Shown here piece after piece: positions 52,719-64,000 of a stretch of DNA of 64,000 nt (its first letter is position 1; every line of letters begins with the position of its first letter). The position numbers were made by a program, and so were the translations under genes. Origin of the DNA: Oikopleura dioica (Eukaryota; Animalia; Chordata); NCBI GenBank assembly GCA_907165135.1, contig OU015568.1:15077208-15141207 (forward strand). Reading direction: 5' to 3'. A model generated the notes under the pieces. That model was not told the origin of the DNA and did not search any database. It saw only the letters and a program-made list of their open reading frames with translations.

Positions 52719-54519
52719 ATGGAAAACAAAGGATTCAGCGACGGCGAAAGTGAAAAAAGAGAAAGCCTGGCTTCTCGACCGAGCAAAGAAATCGGACAGC
52801 TTTCGAGAACAACAATTTTTCTCGAAGCTCATCGTGACTCGAAGACATCTGCTGCTTCAAATGATTCAAAAGTCATCTCGATTGTCAGGAGCATCAAATC
52901 TTCGCATACCGTTGCTTCGGGAAAACCAAGGCTTGTTCTGGACACGCAGTTGTACTTTTGCTTGATGTTTTTGGGAGCTTTGAGTCTGCTCCCTTTTCAG
53001 GCATAAATTTACGCTGATTTCAAGAAAATCTAATTTTATGCTAGTTTATGGCAGTTCCAGAAGTCTACTGGCAGCGAATGCTTTACGAAGGCGAGAACAT
53101 AACCGAATTCCGAGCTACGCCCTTTGATTTGACTCTCAATCCAAAGCAACACTACTGGCAAAACTGTTTGGTCTTTTTAGTCGGCCTTTCACTCACAGCT
53201 TCATCTTTTCTCGGCCTCGCACTTGGGACCAAGTTCAAGTTTGCCCGACTAATGACCTACACGAGCCACCTTGGAATTATGGCTCCTATGTTTCTTTTAG
53301 CTTCGTTAACTTGGCTCCACTTTCCATCATCCGCCTTTTTCGTCATTGCCCTCGTTGTTGTCCTCGTTATGTCCCTCGCCGGCGGGTTACTCCAACTTCT
53401 TGCGATCGAGCTTTGTTCTTACCTCCCACCGGGTTATCCGACTGGATTGATGAATGGAATGGCGCTTTCTGGAATCACAGCGGCCATCGTCAACATCATA
53501 ACTGTTTGTGCCTGTCCATCGGCGGAATCTGCTACTTTTGCGATGTTTATTGTTGGTGGCACCCTGCCGATTTTATTCAAGGTGTTCAAATATAATTTAT
53601 CAGACGCTTGAAAATATGAATATTATATATGACATATTATATAAGCTTATTATACCGTAGGTCAGTTTGTTTCGGAATCATAAAATATTCTATCATCATA
53701 TTTGAGCTATGAGCAGCAATGATACTGTATGCAAAAGTACGATCCAATCCTCTTTTTATATTCTACAAATCCAATCCTTTTTCTTATGATCAAGACATGG
53801 TCTGTGAGCGAAATTTCGACAGGATTTCGGTCTCTGGTAGCGTCTCTCAGGGTCGTTGCAATCAGAACATGATGCTGGAGATCTGTAGGCTGATGAAAAC
53901 CGACTTTTTGTGTGCATTCTTGCTGTCTACTGTCACTTACAGGTTGAACTCAATATTCAAAAAATCAAATAACGTCTACAATTTATAGCGTTTTTCCTGG
54001 ACTACTTGCACAAATTCGATCAGTTTCACAAGATCAGTGGGGAATAGACACGCATCGATTCTTCGTTCCCACAGTGACATTCTTCAGTTTCAGCTGCTCC
54101 GAGTACCTCGGCCGTTGGTTTAGCTCTTACTGTACTTTCTCCGTGACAGAAGGGCCTGTAGCGCGAGCTTGTTGGGCAGGAGCTAGAATCGCGTTTATCC
54201 CACTTTTCATGCTTTGTAACGTCGATGCGAATGGTGAATTCATTGAAGTTCTCATCAAAAATGATACAGGTAAAATATTGTAAGTAAGGGCAATAAGATG
54301 ACTTTTGAAGCGTACTGTGCTCTTGTCATCATTTTTGGCTGGAGCCATGGTTACCTAGCGAATTTGAACCTGAAGGAAACGACCGCCAGATTGAAAAAGC
54401 GTCGACGATCAGCCGAAGAAGTCAGCTACGGCAGTTTCTTTGTCTTTGCAGTTATGGATTTTGGTATTGCTGTTGGAGCAATCTTCTCGTTTTTCATCAA
54501 ATATATTGTTATTTCTTGA
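52719..54519 (+). CDS. Equilibrative nucleoside transporter (SLC29 family)
   Basis: Motifs LG..SLLP, LPPGY..GLMNGMALSG, VTYSVFPGL, EYLGR, RIAFIPLFMLCN and FGWSHGYL. Confidence 0.88.
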
Positions 54520-54757
54520 GTCACAGAGAATCTGACGAACGTAAATAAATTTCCTTGAGTGTTCATGAATAACCATTTGCGTCAAATGCTAAAATGGGAA
54601 AAGATGGAAATGGAGAATGATTAAAAATCAATTTTTATTTCTTGTAATCATCCAAAAAAATGATTTCTCGGTCACACCAAAATCGTTACAACAATGCCTC
54701 TTTTATTGATTTAAGACGAAATCGCACAAGAATTCTTGAAATTTCAATCACAGCATC

Positions 54758-57700
54758 ATGTGCGAGGCGGAAAGAAATCTTTATTTTTGGAGAGCTTTGT
54801 ACAAATTTTCCTTCAAAAGAGTCGAGGATGAAATTATCGAGTTGTCTCCAGCTAGATATCTTCTTTACGATGCGATTCTGCAGAAACAATCGACGGAGAG
54901 GATCTTTGCCGCTCTCGATTTGTACAAGAAAGTAAATAAGAAGATCGACTCGTACAGAGGAATTCGTTCGATGCTTTCTGGAGAAACAAAAGAACTTTTT
55001 GAAGAGTTCGAAGAGCTCGAAGCAGAAATCTACAATCTCAAAAACGTTCAGGATTCGACATTTGTTCTTGGTGGATATGCAGGGCTATATCTTGCCATGA
55101 ATATGCGCAATAAGCCAACGGAATACTCTCGCGAAGAAGTTGATGAGCGACTTTTCGAAGAGCTGCTTAATCTGGACATAGCCAGAGGAACTCCAGTCAG
55201 CCACTTCTTCGTTGTCGCCGCTTTGACAGTTCATCTCGATCTTCTAACAAGTCCACTTTGGAATAAATGTACGTTTTTTGATTTCTTGAGGTTTTTTAGC
55301 TAGATTCTCTTTTAGACGACATTGACTGGAGCTATTGCATTGGGCAGCACAATGTTTTTAATGCTCACCACGAGTTCATACGTTTCGTTTTGATGAGAAA
55401 CCCGTACTCAAAGGAAGACAGTTATTACGTGGTTCACAAGATGGACGATACGTTCTGCCACCTGATGGACCGCATGCTCAAATGTATTTCTCAAACAGAA
55501 GCCTGCGAGGTTGTTTCAAGACCAAATTACATGGGAATCACCTACGTTTTCTTTGCATCAAGACTGTGCTACCGCGCTACAAGAATGCTCCTCGACCGTT
55601 TTCCCGATCTTCAGTTTAATCAAAACTGTTTCTTTGGAAACACCGTTGGGCTCATTTTTACCCCTCTGATCGGCCGTATTCTAGAGCGAGGAATGAATCC
55701 TTTTATCAAGCCAAGATACAGTTGCGTAGTGCCGAATTTCAACTTCGAAATGAAAAGACTGATGTTTCAAAAATACCCCGAACTGACTTGGAAAAAATCG
55801 ACTGAAGAAAACTACTTTTGCTGAGCATGCACGACATGTTCAAAAAAGAAATCAATGAGCAAGTAGACATGAAGGCGCTTGAGAAAAAATGGGTAACGGG
55901 TTATGATAGTAACGGTCAACCGATGACAGCGTTTTACACTTCTTGGTACGATATCAAAGGAAAAGAAGAGTCGCAAAACATTAAATCAATGCGATACTTC
56001 CCCGGAAAACTCATAAAGAAAGAGAACAAGCTTGGGGAAGGAGGACAAGGCTCAGTATTCGAATGTCTTTGGCATGGAAAGCCCTCAGCAGCAAAGTTCA
56101 TCAAAAGCAAAGACGTGGATTTCAAGAAGTACATCACCTCGAAAGGAAGAAAAGGCGAAAAAGACATGCGAAAATTTCTCACAAGTCAAGCATCGGAGTT
56201 CTACATCGGCCTCAACACTGAGAACCCAAATGTTCTGAAGATGTACGACTTTTTCCTCCAGCACGAAAACGGTGCGAATGAATTTGTCATCGTCAGTGAG
56301 CTCTGTGAGAAAACATTGCTGGAAGAAAAATTCTCGATGACAAATCATGTAAAATATCTCAGACAGGTTCGCTTTTTTTGCTTTTTCTTCGTTGATTTCA
56401 ATAATTGAAACTAGGTGAATGCGGCTATCAAAGCATTTGGAGAAAAGGGACTTTGTCACAGAGACATAAAACCGCAGAACATTTTGCTGAAACGAGACAA
56501 TAATGGCGTCCTCTCAGTCAGAGTTGCTGACTTTGGCTTGAGCGGTTTCTCCGGAGGAACTCCTCTTTACAATCCTCCAGAAGCGTTGACAACGTCGTAT
56601 CCCTACGCTTCAGATATTTATTCTCTTGGAATAACGGCTCTTTTTACGCTTTTTGAGACAGAGCTGGCATTCAAGCTATATCTCATGCCTGGTTAGCGAC
56701 AAAGATTGAGATTATCATCGAATTCATTTTAGGAATCGATCTTGATCTGAGTAAAAAACTGAGAAAGCAAGGAAAAGACACATGTTTGTCAGTAATTTCT
56801 CGAATGATCGCCGACGATTATAGATCTCGACCAACTGTGGACGAGATTGATCATTTCTTCAGCACGACAGAGCTGTGGAGAGTCTCTTCTAGGATCGGTC
56901 AGTAAGAGTTATCTAACGATTTCGTGTCTTGGTACACTTACTGACCAAAAAAAAACAGCGACTCTTCGAAAATCACCGCCAAAGATCTTGGCATATCCGA
57001 CGAATTGAATGAAGCCGCACTCTCATCTGTAAGAAAAAGCGACTCAATTCATGGAAACTTTATGCTTTTTAGATCGGGAGCGATATTCAGCGACGAGCAG
57101 CAAAGTACGAAGACAACCCTTTCTCTCGATTTTTCTTCTCGGAGAGAGTGACAAAAGTAACCGACTTCGAAGGAATAAATCAGCTTTCCAAGATGATAAG
57201 TCATACGATTCATGATCAGGTATATTGGTTTTATTTTTTTGTTAATATATTACACTAGGGTGATTCGTTCAAATGTTGGGCATTCGCGACAGCTAGCATG
57301 ATTCGAGCATCTCTTCGAGAAGCAATCTCTAAGTCAAAGAAGATACTCCAAGCGGAGAAGGAAACGCTTTACGAGGATATTAAGTCGATCAATCATAAGG
57401 TTGGTATTGAAGCTTTTTATCGAAATTAATCATATTCTAGCTTTTACGAACGGAGTTGATGATGAATGTCATCCCAACAAAAGTAAGCGCTAACTCCGAC
57501 GATATCCAGTCAGCGATGCTTCATCATGTAATGAGAAGACTCACTGAGCCGACATTTCTTCAGCGAGAAGGTTCATCGTTGGTCTTGCCCGATGTTTACT
57601 GAATTTTAGGAATCTACATGCTTGGAACTTTGAGACCAGTCCTCGAAAAAATGAAGAATTTCGAGGTGAAGCTTGAAATGTTTGCTCATCCGACTGATTA

Positions 57701-58048
57701 CGACAAATGCCCGGTTAGTTTTTCTAATTCTTGAAAATACTCAAATATTTTTTAGAAAAACTTATCGTCAATTCCACTAGTTGGCGACTTTATCCATGCG
57801 CTGGATGCCAAGAAAGTTATCGTTTGCCCTGTCAGGTAAAGACAAACTGACTGGATTAAAAATTCCTGGTGAAATTCAGAATGGGTGCATCTTCCATAAA
57901 ACACGCCATGTGCTTATTTGGATTCAACGAGAATGATGAGTTTCTGTTCAAAAATACATCAAACGAGACAAAAACAGTTGCAATCCCTCTGACTGCTACC
58001 GAACCTAGAATCGGCTTCCACATAAGCTTTCAAGAAAATTACCAATAA
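54758..58048 (+). CDS. Ser/Thr protein kinase fused to a C-terminal papain-like (C1) cysteine protease domain
   Basis: Kinase motifs [20 protein letters not shown] and GTPLYNPPE. Downstream in-frame exons give [21 protein letters not shown] and FLFKNT. There is a frame discontinuity near 55810 and the start is uncertain. Confidence 0.8.
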
Positions 58049-58059
58049 ATTGCTCTCGT

Positions 58060-59243
58060 ATGTTGATTTATCTCAGCATTATTCAGGAAGAAAGGTTGAT
58101 CACATGTTTTGAATCGTAAATTGAGTACAGACGTTTTTGAGCTTGAAAGTAAAATTCCCGCAGTCTTCAATAGAACCAACAAACTCCATTGTTTTATCAG
58201 GTGCCGGTCTCGAAAGGTTCAATTTTTAGAATGCTTATTTCGCCTTTCAATTAAATTAAACCTCTTCCTGATGAAATTTCGAATAGTGACGGGATAGTCC
58301 AATGACTTCCTGAAGAGATCATCGAAAATTTTATTGAGATTTCCGGTGAGTTTATTTTCCGAAGTGAATTCTTCTGGAGAATTGATGAGCGCTTGGAAGA
58401 TATTTTCAGACCTAATATTTTTCCTTCGTTATAGAATAAAAGTAAAAGAACTTACAGTTTTGTGACAATATCCAAATCAGGTTTGGGGAAATGATCTCTT
58501 CTGGAAACAAACTCCTCAAGTTCTTTTATCATTTTATCTAAGGAATTTGTTTTCAAATCTTTTAATTTCAATCCAGTGAAAACACTCAAGTTAGGTTTTT
58601 TGAAGTGCTCATTTTTAAAAAGAAACCCCTCAAATTTTTTTCTTATAGTTTCAAAGAATCCTGTTTTTAAATTTTTCGTCGATTCTTTTGGCATTTTTGG
58701 GATCTTCTGAATCTTCGAAATTCTCTGAATATCAAAAATCCCGAGCGAGTAATGTTGCAGCCATATTTTATATCGCCAGACGAGTATTTTTTCGAAAATT
58801 TCAGAAGATTCGTATAATTCCCGCTTTGATGATTTGTCATTCTTAGGAAAAGATACTTGAAGTGCGCTTTCATAGGCTTCATTACTAGCTCATCTCTTTT
58901 TTATGTGAAAAAATAAAGCCCAAAACAGACTCCTTCTGATGGATACGGGATCGAAGCATTATTTTTCACCACAGCAGTGCTAAAATTTTTTTACAATAAA
59001 TGGCTTAAAAATATTCAATAACCATGAATCATCACATGTATTCGTTTCTTCTAGCTCCCATTTTTGCAAATAATTCTTCGGGATTGTGAATGAGGTCTCT
59101 GAACAAGTTTCTTTTGTCAAAATTGAACTCCCGAGAACGTCGAAGCCTCCGATGGGTAAGATCTCTTTTGCTCCGATCATTGGTCGTTGGACACATGCAC
59201 GAGCGATTGCTGCATACAAAAATAAAACATAAAATAAATTCAT
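58060..59243 (-). CDS. Hypothetical secreted protein, multi-exon (boundaries approximate)
   Basis: Signal-peptide-like MNLFYVLFLYAAIARAC. Further open frames at 58452-58882 and below 58411. Confidence 0.35.
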
Positions 59244-59427
59244 ATAAGAACGATTTAACATCGGTTTCTCTGATGCAATTTATTTTTGCCGCCTGCGTTG
59301 GTCTGTTCTGAATAATTGCAAAATGTCATATAAGCTCTATGAATATGAAAGTTAAGAAATTAAAGCATAAATTATGATTCATAAAAAATTGATTTTATTA
59401 AGGTCCCAAAATCAGATAGAAAATGAA

Positions 59428-62096
59428 TTATAAAAAGTTCGGCGCCATCGTTTTCATGAGCATGAGTTGAAGAAGTTTATCGGGTGCGTATTTCGTCCCT
59501 GCGCGCATCACGTTTCTTGCAATGTTGCCAAAGAAGCTGTCAACAATTCTGAGATAGCCAAAGCCATCGCTGGCCATGACGAGTCTTTTCACTGTCGGGT
59601 GGCGAACGTCGTAGAAGGCCTGGAATGCTTGTTCGTACGGCATCTCGTCCAGGAACTCGGCCAGGAGGTACGCGTCCTGGATCGCTTGATTCGCGCCTAA
59701 TTGACGTTTTTTGACGCAGGTAAAAGTCAAGAATAAGGGTTTTCATCTTCTCTTAAAATCTAACCTTGTCCAAGAAAAGGCGACATAGCATGACAAGCAT
59801 CCCCGATCATGCAAATCCTCCCCTTTTTGATTCGTTTTCAAAATGCCCTCTTTGATGAGAAAATAACGATCGGATTATACAATAACAATTTTCATTTCGT
59901 TCCCAGATGATTCACTTTGAAAATCGCGGCATGTCAGTTTCTAAAATTTAAAACGAATTTTCCTTGTGCCACTTTGGCAAGTCTTGTTTTTCAAAAACGC
60001 CGAGGTGGAGCAGCCGATATGTGTTCATAACCATCTCCGGGGTGATGATAGATTGGCGGTTGTAGAAGTCGTGCTCGGTGAACACTTCGTGCAACTCGCC
60101 ATCGTGCACTTTGAAGGACCATTTCCGGCAGTCAGAATGCCAGTCGTCGTTGCCTGGGTGACAGACGGCAATCATTGCTTCTCGGTTTGGCAGAGGCATG
60201 GTCATAATTGTGCATCCCCCGCCAACGTCGATTTCATAACCAGTCTTGTCCGGCATGTCCCTGCCAATATCCGGAATAATCCCGTAATAGACGCAATGTC
60301 CAGTGTGCTTTGCCGCAGCAAGCTCTTCATCCCTAATGATGTAATCGATCCCGGCCGAGTGAATTCCATCTGCGCAGACGATGACTTCGGCGCTGTCTTT
60401 GATTCCACTTTCGAAGCTGACAAGAGCTTCGTCCTTCGTTTGGTCGAAATTGACGGCTTTTTCGCCGATATGAATATTCACATCGGGATTTTCTTCCATC
60501 GCCTAACGCAATTGAAAATGAGATTCAGGAACAAAAATTTACTTTGAAAAGATTTCTGATGAACAAATCCCGTCGCGCGCAAATGAAATGCCCTTCCATC
60601 GGCGTATTCTTCAGCAGGTCGAGTGGAAACATTCTTTCTTGAGCTACGTAACAAGTGCTTTGAAAATTGCTCTTTTTGTCGCCACCTTTGTGTTCATTTT
60701 TTTAACTCTGCCTTGAAATATTACCGCTAGGGCTGACTTGATTAACGTGGTGAATTTGCTCGGCCACATCTTCCCAAACATGACGGTAACCCAATTTTGA
60801 CAGGCAAAGGGCACCGCCGTTGAGGCCAATTCCGGCGCCGACCGGGCCGAGCAACTCTTTGAACTGCTCGTAGACTGAATGTTTCAAATAATTACTTGCT
60901 CTAGAGTTTTGGCTGACGTACTATTAACCTGAAAAGAGTTCTACTCTAGGTGTTTTGCTTGACACTCCCGTCAGGGGATTAGATGACATTCTCGTTCACC
61001 CTGATGATTAAAATTAAGAGGTAAAAACAACCGTTGAATTCATTTAAGGGATCCCCCCCGATTTCGCCAACTTTGACCTCTATCTACTTTTTTTTGAGCT
61101 TACGTAGGAAGCTGGTTTTGGGCGCATTAGAATGCCCGCTTTGAAAGGAGAAAATTCTGGTAGAATCAGCTTGCCAGCAAAACATTTGCTTATGTATTAC
61201 AGGCCGTCAAAGTGATTAACATTTTGAAAAATGGCCATTTTAGGCCATTTTCAAATCGTATCTACTTTTTTTTGGGCTTAAGGATTCAAAATCTTTTTCG
61301 TTTATCTAAAAGTATAGACGCTCATCTTTATTTTTTGGTAGAATCAGCATGATCGGATAAGTTAATAAAAAAATTCTTGTTGTAAAACTTTTTGATACCA
61401 TTTTTGCCGTTTTTTGGGTGTTTAAATGCTCTCTAGCGCCAACAATTGGCCGAAAATTCAAGTGCGGTTATTATTTTCGTAATCTACACATTCTAAGCTT
61501 TCAATAGACCCCTTATTTGTCCTATTTCGATGACAATGAAAAATCGAAAAAAATTGCGATTTTCACGCTAAGTACAATTTACATGCATTTTCCCGAACTT
61601 TGGGAGCCAAAATTTCGGGGATGCATTTATGTAAAGGGGTACTATCATATATCAAAATGATTCTCAGAACACGAGGAATCTTATCATAGGCAATAATGGC
61701 CGGTGCCAAGGTTTTGAAAAATCGGGGGGTGATCCCTTAAATGTTCTTTGAAATCATCGATTTCTAAATTAATATAATAATTTTATTTATCAAAACCAAA
61801 ATTAGGTTAGGGTTTGGTCACATTTTTCTCAATTAAAACTTGATATGATTTATTTCATCCCGAATTGCCCTGGAAAATAGAGATTTACAAATTTACGTCT
61901 AATCTCGTTGAACCATTTCATAATCGCATCCGGATATTTTGGCCACAACGCGTAACTTTAGAACTCTTTCTTGAATCCATGTCTCGTAAGAGCCAACGCG
62001 GCCGATTGACCTCCGATTCCTGCTCCAATTACGATCGCTTTTCTAAAATTTTACTTCTCAGCTTTTTACAGTTGTTTTTCGGTACCTCTGAGCCAT
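59428..62096 (-). CDS. FAD-dependent aromatic monooxygenase (group A, salicylate hydroxylase/zeaxanthin epoxidase-like)
   Basis: Motifs IVIGAGIGG, GAGIGL, IVCADGIHS and GRICMIGDACHAMSPFLGQGANQAIQDA. Confidence 0.9.
61048..61736. mobile_element. Non-autonomous element with TTAA TSD and GG..CC ends (Kolobok-like) in a monooxygenase intron
   Basis: TTAA-GGGATCCCCCCCGATTT ... AAATCGGGGGGTGATCCC-TTAA. Confidence 0.8.
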
Positions 62097-62249
62097 TTTT
62101 CTCTGCGTGTTTTGGTTTTATTTGAAAAGGAAGTTATGACTCAATGTTGAAATATTTCACAAAAGGGGCGAAATTAAACATGTGACTCAGTAGATCGATA
62201 CTGTTGGCAGAAGGCCATGTTCAGGTGCAACCTCTACAAGCATTAAAGT

Positions 62250-62420
62250 CTGGGCTCGGCAACCTGAGTCAGGTTTTGGAAGAGCTAAATAAATCATCTA
62301 AATTTTCTTCAAACTCCTGGCGAAGCCGCTTTGCGGCTTCGTTTTAAAAAGCCGCTTCGCGGCTTTTCATTTTAGCTCTTCTAGAGCCTGACTCAGGTTT
62401 TCTCAGGTTGCCGAGCCCAG
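62250..62420. mobile_element. MITE family A copy
   Basis: CTGGGCTCGGCAACCTGAG ... CTCAGGTTGCCGAGCCCAG. Flanks ATTAAAGT / ATTAAAGA (7/8 TSD match). Confidence 0.9.
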
Positions 62421-62786
62421 ATTAAAGATATTCGTGCATTATGTAATTGCTATATTTTATTGGGATAACGATGAACCCAATTATGAATGCGAATTTGTCC
62501 GCTGAAATTTCAAATCAGATCATAGTGAAAATTAGTTCAAACAAGATGAGGGGAGCGGTTGTTCTAGGGAACCGTTATTATTTCATGCTCGCTCGCGTAA
62601 ATTGAAAGACGCCCGGAGCAGAATTATCTTCTCGTGGCGCTAGAGAGCCCACATCAGGACAACTCATTATTGACATGTGCACGGGGAAGAATAAGGTCGG
62701 ACGAAAATTACAGAAAAGAAAGGGCGAGTTTTAAATTTTCGATAAGAGGATTCGCAGAAAAGAAGACAGAGATTGAAAACAGAAGA

Positions 62787-64000
62787 ATGACGAAGGGAAG
62801 CTTCAACCTTGGAGTTGTGTGTGGAATTCTTCTAGTTTTCGTAGTTTCGGCGTATTTTACGATGATAAATCAAGAGAGCTTTTTAAGAAGTCCAGAATAT
62901 GTTCAAAAACGTAAGTCTTTAGGCAAAATTTAATTGGATATTTTTCGAAATATTTACCAAAATTAATTTGGTATATGTGAATTGAAAATTTCTTGATTAT
63001 AAGTGGAAATTAGTAAAGAAATTTTCTTGGGACTCATCAAAATTACGAATAATAATTAAAATTAAATTGGTACTTTGACGGTTTTTCTTCGATCATTATT
63101 GATGATAAGAGGGTCTAATTGAATGATATTTAATCAATGATCAATTAGTAATTGACAATTACCAGTCATAAAATACTGAGTTTTTCTCTGAAAACGATTT
63201 CCAGGATCCAAATAGTGTAAAAGGAAATGTCACTCAAAACACGTGTAACGTGAATTATGTTTTTCCTAAAAACATTGCACTCAAGCTCTTTTATTACGTG
63301 CTTACCACAATGCATGATGTACCAGGTAGATCAGCGAACGACTGTAGTTTTGGCTAGAAAAACAAACTTTCAATATTTGAAAAATTGAAATATTGAAAAA
63401 AAATGACGGATGCTTTAGGAGATATTGAAATGGAAGCGAGCAGAACAAATTCTAGCGATTTTCTCAGCCGGAGAAATGACGAGCGAGTGAATCTGCTTAG
63501 AAAAGGTTGCAACTTGGACCAAAGGCGGCGTTAACCTATCCAAAAATGGCAAGCCAGCTCAAGAGCTTGTTTAATTGAACGGAAAATATTGCGGTCAGGG
63601 TTCTAAGTTCGCTTTGAACCAGTTCAATTGGTTGGTTAGCGTTTTGAAAGCATTTTCCGGGAATCGAAAAACATGGACTTCGATGAACTGCGAAAAATTC
63701 AGGTGGAACTGCTCGCCACGTCAGAGAAAATTGAAAGCGGCGCTAAACTGACGTTCGTTGAAAACAGAAAACAGCTTTACGACCTTTTTGACTTGAAGAA
63801 CAACGATCTCCTTACTTGTCTACCCCCGAAGGTAATTATTCATAATTGCATTTCTGAAATCAGCGAAATATGCAGGCAGATGTTTTGCTCGAATTCATCA
63901 ATGATTTCATCGTTGTACTTTAAAAAGAACGGTGCTCAGTTTTTCGCCAGCAAGATTTCAATTTAACCCCTTTGAATCAAGATATTCAATCCTTAACTAT
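62787..64000 (+). CDS. Carbohydrate sulfotransferase (CHST/HNK-1 ST family), 5' part; runs off the window
   Basis: Type II TM LGVVCGILLVFVVSAYF, ERVNLLRKGC, and LLTCLPPK (start of the 5'-PSB C-x-x-P-K). Confidence 0.6.

Noticed and set aside
59428-62096. FAD monooxygenase as bacterial contamination or horizontal transfer
   Set aside because: It has multiple spliceosomal introns and host-like context. Its origin cannot be judged without a phylogeny.

Overview
Eukaryotic, gene-dense, AT-rich animal genomic DNA with many ~40-50-nt introns, frequent GA/GC/GG-AG introns and same-strand clusters with short spacers. This profile best fits the larvacean tunicate Oikopleura dioica (inferred, not proven). 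About 21 spliced genes can be assembled by hand: a PKA type II regulatory subunit, OFCC1-like, HS 3-O-sulfotransferase-like, a GT31 galactosyltransferase, RRBP1/kinectin-like, ERCC1, CCDC166/BBOF1-like, an SLC18B1-like MFS transporter, a receptor tyrosine kinase, FDX2, two C2H2 zinc-finger genes (one nested in CCDC137), CCDC137, UGP2, an ENT/SLC29 transporter, a kinase-papain-like protease fusion, an FAD monooxygenase, a partial carbohydrate sulfotransferase and several orphans. Over a dozen non-autonomous DNA transposons (MITEs) with different TIR/TSD signatures are present. Most notable: (1) about 15 non-canonical introns whose two ends base-pair into a 7-16-bp stem starting a few nt after the GA/GC/GG donor and closing a few nt before an often A-rich AG acceptor; (2) a fresh 8-bp-TSD MITE inside an RRBP1 coding exon that can be spliced out in frame, a plausible origin route for such introns; (3) an in-frame Ser/Thr kinase plus C1-type cysteine protease fusion with intact catalytic residues. 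All exon structures are manual predictions without RNA evidence.
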